Shown here: piece by piece, positions 17,811-26,243 of the stretch | How positions within the stretch are numbered: the first letter of the stretch is position 1 | Layout of the letters: each line of letters starts with the position of its first letter | Source of the DNA: a virus | Lineage: Duplodnaviria > Caudoviricetes | Virus record (IMG/VR): IMGVR_UViG_3300027801_000025 | Location: 1 to 57,616 of that record | Direction: 5' to 3' (one strand) | DNA: 57,616 bases | Notes under the pieces: generated by a model | Databases searched by the model: none | Seen by the model: the letters and a program-made list of their open reading frames with translations, nothing else | What the model was told of the DNA's origin: nothing | Program-made: the position numbers and the translations under genes

Positions 17811-18503
17811 ATGGCAACGTCAATAGGCCCAGAAATAGTTACAGACGGATTAGTGTTGCATTTAGATGCGGCTAATGGAAGTAGCTATTCCGGAACAGGG
17901 ACCACGTGGAGCGACCTAAGCGGTAACGGAAACGCTGCTATGGTAAGCTCACCGGTCTTTAATTCTGCAACGCCATCAAATTTTACATTTGACGCAACCG
18001 ATGAGTATTTCTCGTTATCAAGTAATAGTGAAATGTCGATGACCGGGGATGTTACTTTAATATCGTGGTTTAAACAATCCACTACTGGCTGGGCACACCA
18101 AACAACCCTATGCACTGCGGTAAACTACAGGGCGGGACTAAAACTAATGTCCCATTACCACGGGCCAGTTTCAGCATGGTTGGCTAATAGTGACGGTACA
18201 GATTCTTATGTACTTAGCTCAGGACTGAATGTGGAAGGGGATAACACGTGGCACCAAGCGGTTACTACAAGAAACTCAACAACTGGACTTTTAACTATTT
18301 ACGTGGACGGAGTGTTAAAAAACAGTGTTACATCCTACACTGGAACAACCTACTTAGCAGGTGTCGCTGCTGTAGGAGTGGACTACCACTCTTCTGGATA
18401 TTACTATTATGGTAATATAGCGATGTGCACGGCGTATAATAGAGTATTAACAGCTATAGAAATAGCACAGAACTATAGCACATTTAAATCTAGATTTATA
18501 TAA
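17811..18503 (+). CDS. LamG/concanavalin A-like lectin domain protein
   Basis: GLVLHLDAAN..SY.G.GTTWSDLSGNGN, IYVDGVL and YNRVLTAIEIAQNY motifs. Confidence 0.85.
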   Translation: MATSIGPEIVTDGLVLHLDAANGSSYSGTGTTWSDLSGNGNAAMVSSPVFNSATPSNFTFDATDEYFSLSSNSEMSMTGDVTLISWFKQSTTGWAHQTTLCTAVNYRAGLKLMSHYHGPVSAWLANSDGTDSYVLSSGLNVEGDNTWHQAVTTRNSTTGLLTIYVDGVLKNSVTSYTGTTYLAGVAAVGVDYHSSGYYYYGNIAMCTAYNRVLTAIEIAQNYSTFKSRFI

Positions 18504-20062
18504 TGTATACAGGGCCAAAATTAACAAATAAAGATTTAGTGTTTGGATATGACACAGGGTATGGGGTGGCTGATAATGGCACTGCTACTAGATCTTATGC
18601 TGGTGAACCAACAACAAACCTTCTACCAAGCCCAGCGCTGAACGGTAGGTTTGCGGTCGGTAATGGCTGGCAGACTTATAACACAAATCAATACAACGGT
18701 AACAATGATTTCTCTATAGGTGTTGTGGGAAGTGTAACTAACAATATAGTTACATTATCAAGCGTTGGCACGACTATTAGAAGTTTTGATGTTTTAAACC
18801 CAGCTACAACTGGGGGTGGCGTAACTGCAGGTACTAATTATGTTATTAAAAAAATAAGTTCAACCACATTTTCGTTACATGCTTATAATAGTTCTCAAGA
18901 TGGTTCTCAAGGATACACAAACTCATCCACTGGGTTTTTTAAAGTACATGATGCTTATGCCAACGACACTAGGGTAAGTATTACCGCATCTTCTTTCCCC
19001 ACAATGTGGCACGGATCTCCTCACTTACCTAATTCTGGTTTGATAAAAGAAATAGTACCTAATGGGGGAAAAGTAGAAGGCACAAACTCAATGAGGTTTC
19101 ATATTTATAGAGGAGATGGGGTTGCAGACGGTATGGCTTATGGTGTTTATACACCAGTGACGGCTGGTAATATTATAACCGTGTCCTATTGGGTGAGACC
19201 AGTTGGAACACCTGGGTATGGAAAATACCTTGGATATTCAACATATTTTGGCGCTGGTAATTCAGCACCAGGTTTTGGCACAAATCTCAATAGTGATGGG
19301 GAATGGCAATTAATAACCCATACTTGGACAGCGTCTACAACGGTTAATTTCTATTCATATTTTTGGCCCGGAGGATCTACAGGCAAATATGCAATTGATG
19401 TTGCTGATATGCAGGTAGAAGTCAACAACGGTCACGCTACTCCTTTTACTTTATCAACTAGATCTGATACGCAGAGTTTAATAGACTTGGTAAAAACTAC
19501 TGATATAGACGTATCTAACGTATCTTTTGATTCGACTGGTCAGCCTGAGTTTGACGGTACGGATGATAAGGGTGTTATAACAAACTTTCCCCATATATGG
19601 AACAGTTCTTTAAGTGTGGAATCAGTTGTTAGCTGGGATGATGATACTAGATCTGTTATTCTTGGTAACTACGACCAAGGATCTGGTGGCCATGATATTA
19701 ATTTTGAAAAACTAACCTCAGGTACTCTTCGTTTTTATTGGGATAGGGGATCAAGAGATGTAACAACAACAGGTAATCCAGTAGTAACAACAGCTGGTGC
19801 ATATCATCACGTTGTCTTTATCAGGGATGTGAGCACTAATAATTTTAGGTTTTACGTAGACGGTGAGCTTGTTACAACTGTAGCAAATGCAGGGTCAAAT
19901 ATTCCCACCACCGGTTCGACTTTTAGGTTTGGGGCAGATACTAGAAACGGTAGCACAGTGCACAATGGATCAATACCAGTAATAAAAGCCTATAGTAGGG
20001 TTTTAACAGCAGCGGAGATAACAAGCAATTACAACGCGTACAAAAATAGATTTAATATATAA
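18503..20062 (+). CDS. LamG/concanavalin A-like lectin domain protein with large insertion
   Basis: Paralogous ends with the 16240 ORF; FYVDGEL and YSRVLTAAEITSNY motifs. Confidence 0.8.
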   Translation: MYTGPKLTNKDLVFGYDTGYGVADNGTATRSYAGEPTTNLLPSPALNGRFAVGNGWQTYNTNQYNGNNDFSIGVVGSVTNNIVTLSSVGTTIRSFDVLNPATTGGGVTAGTNYVIKKISSTTFSLHAYNSSQDGSQGYTNSSTGFFKVHDAYANDTRVSITASSFPTMWHGSPHLPNSGLIKEIVPNGGKVEGTNSMRFHIYRGDGVADGMAYGVYTPVTAGNIITVSYWVRPVGTPGYGKYLGYSTYFGAGNSAPGFGTNLNSDGEWQLITHTWTASTTVNFYSYFWPGGSTGKYAIDVADMQVEVNNGHATPFTLSTRSDTQSLIDLVKTTDIDVSNVSFDSTGQPEFDGTDDKGVITNFPHIWNSSLSVESVVSWDDDTRSVILGNYDQGSGGHDINFEKLTSGTLRFYWDRGSRDVTTTGNPVVTTAGAYHHVVFIRDVSTNNFRFYVDGELVTTVANAGSNIPTTGSTFRFGADTRNGSTVHNGSIPVIKAYSRVLTAAEITSNYNAYKNRFNI

Positions 20063-20086
20063 CCTGGAAAATGAAAGGTAACAATT

Positions 20087-20569
20087 ATGGCAAACGAATT
20101 TAAAGTAAAAAAAGGCCTCATAGTAGATGGCACAAACACAGTCCTTGATATTCAAGGTACGCAAGGGCAATTGTTTTCAGTAACAGACAGCTTAACTGGT
20201 GATCTGTTTTCAGTATCAGATATATCAGGTGTTCCAATATTAAATGTAAACTCTAGTGGAGCAGTAGACGTAGATGGAACATTTACAGCAACTGGAGATG
20301 TTGTAGCTTATTCAGACGAAAGATTAAAAACAAACATAGAAACTTTAGATGGCTCTAAGGTTTATGATATGAGAGGCGTTAGCTTTACTAAGGATAACAA
20401 AAAAAGTAGTGGTGTTATAGCTCAAGAGCTAGAAAAAATAGCACCTGAGTTAGTAAATAACGATAGTCAATTCAAGGCTGTGGCATACGGTAATATAACT
20501 GGTTATTTAATAGAAGCTATAAAAGAATTAAAATCAGAAATAGAACAACTTAAAAAACAAATAAAATAA
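20087..20569 (+). CDS. Short protein with tail-fibre intramolecular chaperone (peptidase S74) domain
   Basis: YSDERLKTNI, GVIAQELEKIAPELV and LIEAIKEL coiled coil. Confidence 0.85.
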   Translation: MANEFKVKKGLIVDGTNTVLDIQGTQGQLFSVTDSLTGDLFSVSDISGVPILNVNSSGAVDVDGTFTATGDVVAYSDERLKTNIETLDGSKVYDMRGVSFTKDNKKSSGVIAQELEKIAPELVNNDSQFKAVAYGNITGYLIEAIKELKSEIEQLKKQIK

Positions 20570-20883
20570 TGGCAATTACTTATACTACAAACATAAAGCA
20601 CTTAAGAGGTGCTCCTAATTTAGATGATTTAGAAAAAGTTATAACAGCGGTTGAGTTTGAGATAATTGGAGTTGACGGCGAACATACACATAATGCCCTT
20701 GGTGATCTATCTCTTACATTAGATAAAGATAACTTTACTGATTTTAAAGATATAACAGAGGCTAATGTTAAAGCTTGGGTCGAAGCTAGTGGTGTGTATA
20801 GCAACTTATGTAGTGCTTTAGAAGATTTTATTGGTGAAATGAAAGTACCTACTAATGTAGGTATGGAAAAACCTTGGGCTTAA
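20569..20883 (+). CDS. Tail-associated hypothetical protein
   Basis: 104 aa; FTDFKDITEANVKAWV...PW pattern typical of small genes next to S74 fibres. Confidence 0.6.
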   Translation: MAITYTTNIKHLRGAPNLDDLEKVITAVEFEIIGVDGEHTHNALGDLSLTLDKDNFTDFKDITEANVKAWVEASGVYSNLCSALEDFIGEMKVPTNVGMEKPWA

Positions 20884-22635
20884 ATGGCAGTTCCAGCAAG
20901 TGGAAGCATAAGTTTAGGGGGTTTAGCTTTCGAGAAGTTAGAAGACGAGTATAATGATGGGTTACCAAGCGCTATAGATACATCTTATGGCCCATTTAGT
21001 TTAAAAGATATAACCATAGGTGGAAATTCTTCTGGTGTTGGTGGTGAAACATATGATTCTACAAATGGTTTTAGCCCATATAAGCCAGACAACGTTGTTA
21101 GTTATGGTATGTCTGAATTTTACAGTTATGATCATGATCACGCTGGGCCTGGTTGCAACTTAACCTACCACTTAGGTGGTCAAGGAACGTTTAGTTATCC
21201 TGTAAATCTAGGCAGTTCAACCGGTACTGTAACTATAGAATATCAATCCTATAGTGTGCCAGATAAGTTTGTTTTTGTTTGGAATGGAAACACATACACA
21301 AGTGGTTCTGGAAATGGTACAGGAGCAGGATATGTAGGAAGTAATAGTTATTTATCTCAATTACAAGCAACAGAGGGTAACTCAAGTGCAACAATAACGC
21401 AAGTAACAGGTAGTTACGGTAGTTTGGCACACAACGCTCAAAGCGGTGGTAGAGGTACTATAACATTTAATAAAAACACTTCGTCAAATATCGGCACAAT
21501 GTCTGTTACAGCGCCTATATCTGGCACTGGCTGGTGGTTTTCAGTTAGCTGCCCAGGCCAAACAATAATAGGTGGCGGTGGAAGTGGTGTAGCTCCTAGT
21601 ATAACAGCTGTAACTTCAAATGTAGCTGTGCATCAGGTCACGATGGAAGGCAATGTGACAAATAAAGGTTTTGCTTCTAACCTCACTACAGCGGGAACGG
21701 TGTCAGCTAAAGGTTTTGCTTGGATGCAAGGCGTTACAGCTACTTCAGATTTTTTTATAGGTGACAGCGGGGTACAAGATGTTCCTGAAGATGACAGCAC
21801 TATAAATGCAACTGGTACGTTTAATGAAACTATTGCTGGATTAGCAGCGACAAACGGAACGGTAACAACAACTGATGCTTCTAGTATAACAGAAACTAGT
21901 TTTGTTGGTGGTTTAGCAAAAACATCAATGGGAACTAGACCTAATTCATTCAGAGCTTATGCAACAAATGCCGCTGGTACTACATACAGTTCAATAGTAA
22001 ATGTAAATAACACAGGATCTAGTGATCAGTCAGGTATAGTATATTGCAACCAAAGTTATAGTTCTACTCCATCAGTAAATAACAACTCAGGTTCTATAGC
22101 CGCAAGCACAGGTAATCAATGGAATCAATTACAAGGTTCTTCGCAGCAAACTGGAACTGTTTCATCTACAATAAACGAAAGTCAAGTGTCTTTAATCGCT
22201 AGTAACACTTATAGATATAGAGCCGTAATGAGACAAGGTTCTACTTTACAATACGGTGTTGTTAAAGGTTTCACCGTAGCAGCATCATACTCATTTACAT
22301 CAACCGTAACAGTTGGATCTGATCAATATTACACAACCTTAGCGTATGGTTTCGCTGATTTAAATTGGCCAGATATGGGTAGTATCAGTAATAGCAGTTT
22401 TAACTCTAGTACTTTACTGGGTGTATATTGGCAAAATAATGCCTCAGGAACTGATTATGTATATCTTGTATTTATGGGGTCTAAGCCTAGCTTTACAGAG
22501 TTAATAATAGGATCAACAAACCTAGGCGCATCAAGTAGTTGGAGTTCTCAAAGCACTACAATGTGGAGAAAAGCACAATCATCCAACCCTTTTGCCGGAA
22601 CTGGAGGGACAACAACAGTACAAGCTAACTACTAA
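20884..22635 (+). CDS. Virion structural / fibre-tip protein
   Basis: MAVPASGSISL...MSEFYSY N-terminus; S/G/T-rich; RAYATNAAGTTY Fn3-like strands. Confidence 0.65.
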   Translation: MAVPASGSISLGGLAFEKLEDEYNDGLPSAIDTSYGPFSLKDITIGGNSSGVGGETYDSTNGFSPYKPDNVVSYGMSEFYSYDHDHAGPGCNLTYHLGGQGTFSYPVNLGSSTGTVTIEYQSYSVPDKFVFVWNGNTYTSGSGNGTGAGYVGSNSYLSQLQATEGNSSATITQVTGSYGSLAHNAQSGGRGTITFNKNTSSNIGTMSVTAPISGTGWWFSVSCPGQTIIGGGGSGVAPSITAVTSNVAVHQVTMEGNVTNKGFASNLTTAGTVSAKGFAWMQGVTATSDFFIGDSGVQDVPEDDSTINATGTFNETIAGLAATNGTVTTTDASSITETSFVGGLAKTSMGTRPNSFRAYATNAAGTTYSSIVNVNNTGSSDQSGIVYCNQSYSSTPSVNNNSGSIAASTGNQWNQLQGSSQQTGTVSSTINESQVSLIASNTYRYRAVMRQGSTLQYGVVKGFTVAASYSFTSTVTVGSDQYYTTLAYGFADLNWPDMGSISNSSFNSSTLLGVYWQNNASGTDYVYLVFMGSKPSFTELIIGSTNLGASSSWSSQSTTMWRKAQSSNPFAGTGGTTTVQANY

Positions 22636-22737
22636 TAGTGATACTTACACTTAAAAACTGTGAAAATAGAGTAATAATATAAACATAGAATAACGATTTA
22701 AAAAAATAAACAATTAACAATTAAATTAAATTAAATT

Positions 22738-23016
22738 ATGGCAGAGAAAACAATTGATTTAACTCCAAAGGTGGAGCAAATCACAGAGGACCAATTAAAA
22801 AACCTCCAAAATCTAATAAACGAGATTAACAAGATCCAATTATCTATAGGTCAACTTGAGGTTCAAAAAGCAAAACTACTAGGTGGTGTAAATCAACTAG
22901 AAGGTAAGCTAAAAGAAATGCAAGACGAGCTAGAAAAAGAGTACGGTAAAGTTACTGTTAATATTCAAGATGGATCTATCAAGCCTATAGAAGATGAAGC
23001 TGATAAGAAAAATTAG
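22738..23016 (+). CDS. Small coiled-coil protein
   Basis: Heptad pattern over about 55 aa. Confidence 0.7.
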   Translation: MAEKTIDLTPKVEQITEDQLKNLQNLINEINKIQLSIGQLEVQKAKLLGGVNQLEGKLKEMQDELEKEYGKVTVNIQDGSIKPIEDEADKKN

Positions 23017-23212
23017 TATTGGTAAAGATTATAAAAATGAAGCTATGCATTATGCCGTGGGCCAAGAGGTCTACGGCGGGCATACCATTTGTCATATAAC
23101 AGAGGAGGATAAAAAGTTTAGTATATTTATCAAAAAAAATAATGATGTACTACCTTGGAAAGACTTTAATAAAAATATGGCGGTTGCTATTGAGTATAAT
23201 CTAGAATACTAA
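22994..23212 (+). CDS. Hypothetical phage protein, 72 aa
   Basis: ORF track; operon packing. Confidence 0.75.
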   Translation: MKLIRKISIGKDYKNEAMHYAVGQEVYGGHTICHITEEDKKFSIFIKKNNDVLPWKDFNKNMAVAIEYNLEY

Positions 23213-23797
23213 ATGAGAAGCGTTTTCAACTATGTAGTTGAGCCTGTTGGTTCAAGGTACAATAATACAAAAAAGATAGACGGAAACGATCTGATATTAA
23301 ATACTCAGATTTTTACTCATCAAAGTGTTAATAGGTTAGCTGTTGTTAAACATGTACCTATCATCGGTAATCATAAAATACAAGTAGGTGATCACGTTAT
23401 AGTACACCACAACGTGTTTAGAAGGTTTCACGATATAAAAGGAAGAGAAAAAAACAGTAAAAGCTATATAGATGAAGATAACTACCTATGTGGTATTGAT
23501 CAAGTCTATGCTTACAAAAAAACAAAATGGATGCCTACTGAAGGATATGCTTTTGTAAAACCAATTCAATCTAATTATATATTTAGTACTAGCAAGGAAC
23601 AACCATTAAAAGGTATTTTGAAAATAGTTCAAGATAATCCACACTTAAAAGAAGGAGACTTAGTTGGCTTCACACCAAATAGTGAATATGAGTTTGTTAT
23701 TGATGGAGAAAGACTTTATAGAGTTAGATCAAAAAACTTAACAATAAAGTATGAACATCAAGGAAACGAAATTGAGTATAATCCAAGCTGGGCATAA
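23213..23797 (+). CDS. Tandem GroES-like (Cpn10-fold) protein
   Basis: Two units, each with V(E/K)P...G(D)xV(I/G): IQVGDHVIVHHN and LKEGDLVGF...EYEFVIDGERLYRV. Confidence 0.6.
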   Translation: MRSVFNYVVEPVGSRYNNTKKIDGNDLILNTQIFTHQSVNRLAVVKHVPIIGNHKIQVGDHVIVHHNVFRRFHDIKGREKNSKSYIDEDNYLCGIDQVYAYKKTKWMPTEGYAFVKPIQSNYIFSTSKEQPLKGILKIVQDNPHLKEGDLVGFTPNSEYEFVIDGERLYRVRSKNLTIKYEHQGNEIEYNPSWA

Positions 23798-24026
23798 AGC
23801 AGTTGAAGAATTAATTAAAGTTGCTAAAGAAGCTATCGTTGATTCAGGAGATGATATAACGGCAGATAGATTAAAAAATGCTGCTGCTACAAAAAAGTTA
23901 GCTATCTTCGATGCTTTTGAAATACTTGCTAGGATACAAGAAGAAGAAGATATGATTAATAATAAACCTAAAGAACAAGTTGCTGAAACTTCTTTTGGTG
24001 GTTTTGCAGAAAGAAGATCTAAGTAA
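23751..24026 (+). CDS. Putative terminase small subunit
   Basis: Helical 91-aa ORF immediately upstream of TerL; positional inference. Confidence 0.45.
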   Translation: MNIKETKLSIIQAGHKAVEELIKVAKEAIVDSGDDITADRLKNAAATKKLAIFDAFEILARIQEEEDMINNKPKEQVAETSFGGFAERRSK

Positions 24027-26242
24027 TGTATAATCAAAGTTTATTTAAGGTTGTAGAACCTATAAAAATAAATACCATAAAAAGACTTAACAAGTCTAAA
24101 AAATGGGAATACGGTTATAACAAAGAACATGATATAGTTGTTATAAGTAAGACTGGTCAGATTGGCGAGATATATGATATACAAAACTTTAAAGTAGCTT
24201 TACCAAAAGCTGTTAATGTTACTAAGTTTGAGAATGATAAATGGGAGGTGGCAGAATACCCTAAAGAGTTAAAAAGAATAAAAACTATATTTGACTGGAA
24301 AAATTATCCTGATGATTTTAAAGGTAAGTATATAGATTACATAGAAGATGAGTTTCAAAAAAGAGAGGAAGGTTTTTGGTATTACAACAAAGGCGTTCAA
24401 ACTTATATTACTGGCTCTCATTATATGTACCTGCAGTGGTCCAAAATTGATGTTGGTAAACCAGATTTTAGAGAAGCAAACAGATTATTCTATATATTTT
24501 GGGAAGCTTGTAAAGCAGATAAAAGATCATACGGAATGTGCTACCTTAAGAACAGGCGTTCAGGTTTCTCATTTATGTCATCAGCAGTATGTGTTGATAT
24601 GGCAACCATCTCTTCAGATTCTAGATTCGGTATTTTATCTAAATCAGGACCAGATGCTAAAAAGATGTTTACTGATAAAGTTGTACCAATATCCGTTAAC
24701 TACCCGTTCTTTTTTAAACCAATACAAGACGGTATGGACCGTCCAAAAACAGAACTTGCATATAGAGTACCCGCTAGTAAACTTACTAGAAGAAGTATTG
24801 TTAAAGCAAGTGATACCACCGGGGTATTAACTGGGTTAGATACAACAATAGATTGGAAAAACACAGGTGATAACAGTTACGATGGTGAAAAATTAAAACT
24901 ATTAGTCCACGATGAAAGTGGTAAATGGGAAAGGCCAAACAATATATTAAATAACTGGCGTGTAACTAAAACAACACTTAGGTTAGGTAGTAGAATAATT
25001 GGTAAATGTATAATGGGGTCAACCTCTAATGCTTTAGATAAAGGTGGAGACAATTTTAAAAGATTATATAAAGACTCAGACGTTACTAAAAGAAACAGGA
25101 ATGGACAGACTAAGTCAGGACTCTATTCTTTGTTCATTCCTATGGAGTGGAATTACGAAGGATTCATCGATTCTAATGGAGTACCTGTTTTTGACACTCC
25201 AAATGAAGAAGTGGAAGGCCCGTACGGGGAATTTATAGAAACTGGAGTAATTGATAACTGGAACAATGAAGTAGAGGGTCTTAAGAACGATCCTGATGCA
25301 CTTAATGAGTTCTATAGACAGTTTCCACGTACTGAAGAACACGCTTTCAGAGATGAGACAAAAAACAGTATATTTAATTTAGCTAAAATATACGAACAAA
25401 TAGATTTTAACGAAGAATTAAACGTTGCGAACTACGTTACTAAAGGTAATTTTCAATGGGTCAATGGTGTTAAAGATACAAAAGTTATATTTTACCCTGA
25501 CAACAACGGTAGATTTAGAGTTAGCTGGACACCACCAGCAAATTTACAAAACAACGTTATAATAAAAAATGGTGTTAAATACCCAGGTAATGAGCACATG
25601 GGTGCTTTTGGGTGTGACAGTTACGATATATCGGGTACTGTAGACGGTGAAGGATCTAAAGGTGCTTTGCACGGATTAACAAAATTTAGTATGGAAGATG
25701 CACCACCAAACCAATTCTTTTTAGAATATGTATCAAGACCAGCAACTGCAGAAATATTCTTTGAGGATATGCTAATGGCTTTAGTTTTTTATGGAATGCC
25801 AATACTTGCAGAGAACAACAAACCACGTTTACTATACTACTTAAGAAGAAGAGGTTACAGAGGTTTCAGTATGAATAGACCAGATAAAGTCTGGAACAAA
25901 CTTTCTGTAGCTGAAAAAGAAGTAGGTGGAATACCTAATTCAAGTGAGGATATAAAACAAGCTCACGCTGCTGCTATTGAAATGTACATACAAGATCACG
26001 TAGGTAAAAAACAAGATGGTAGTTATGGTAGAATAAATTTTAATAGAACGCTAGAAGATTGGGCTAAGTTTGATATAAACAATAGAACAAAATTTGATGC
26101 GTCAATATCTTCAGGTCTAGCTATCATGGCTTGTAATAGACATCTATATAAACCAAATGCCAATATAAAGAAAGAAAAAATCAATTTAAAATTTGCTAGA
26201 TACAAGCAGTCTGGTAACAGATCAAAACTAATAGAAAATTAA
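24026..26242 (+). CDS. terL: Terminase large subunit
   Basis: KNRRSGFS Walker A-like, LLVHDESGK Walker B, GSTSN motif C, FGCDSYD RNase H-like nuclease. Confidence 0.92.
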   Translation: MYNQSLFKVVEPIKINTIKRLNKSKKWEYGYNKEHDIVVISKTGQIGEIYDIQNFKVALPKAVNVTKFENDKWEVAEYPKELKRIKTIFDWKNYPDDFKGKYIDYIEDEFQKREEGFWYYNKGVQTYITGSHYMYLQWSKIDVGKPDFREANRLFYIFWEACKADKRSYGMCYLKNRRSGFSFMSSAVCVDMATISSDSRFGILSKSGPDAKKMFTDKVVPISVNYPFFFKPIQDGMDRPKTELAYRVPASKLTRRSIVKASDTTGVLTGLDTTIDWKNTGDNSYDGEKLKLLVHDESGKWERPNNILNNWRVTKTTLRLGSRIIGKCIMGSTSNALDKGGDNFKRLYKDSDVTKRNRNGQTKSGLYSLFIPMEWNYEGFIDSNGVPVFDTPNEEVEGPYGEFIETGVIDNWNNEVEGLKNDPDALNEFYRQFPRTEEHAFRDETKNSIFNLAKIYEQIDFNEELNVANYVTKGNFQWVNGVKDTKVIFYPDNNGRFRVSWTPPANLQNNVIIKNGVKYPGNEHMGAFGCDSYDISGTVDGEGSKGALHGLTKFSMEDAPPNQFFLEYVSRPATAEIFFEDMLMALVFYGMPILAENNKPRLLYYLRRRGYRGFSMNRPDKVWNKLSVAEKEVGGIPNSSEDIKQAHAAAIEMYIQDHVGKKQDGSYGRINFNRTLEDWAKFDINNRTKFDASISSGLAIMACNRHLYKPNANIKKEKINLKFARYKQSGNRSKLIEN

Positions 26243-26243
26243 T

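Noticed and set aside
10769-20062. Diversity-generating retroelement acting on fibre/LamG genes
   Set aside because: No reverse transcriptase in the window, and repeat differences are synonymous at all bases rather than adenine-specific.
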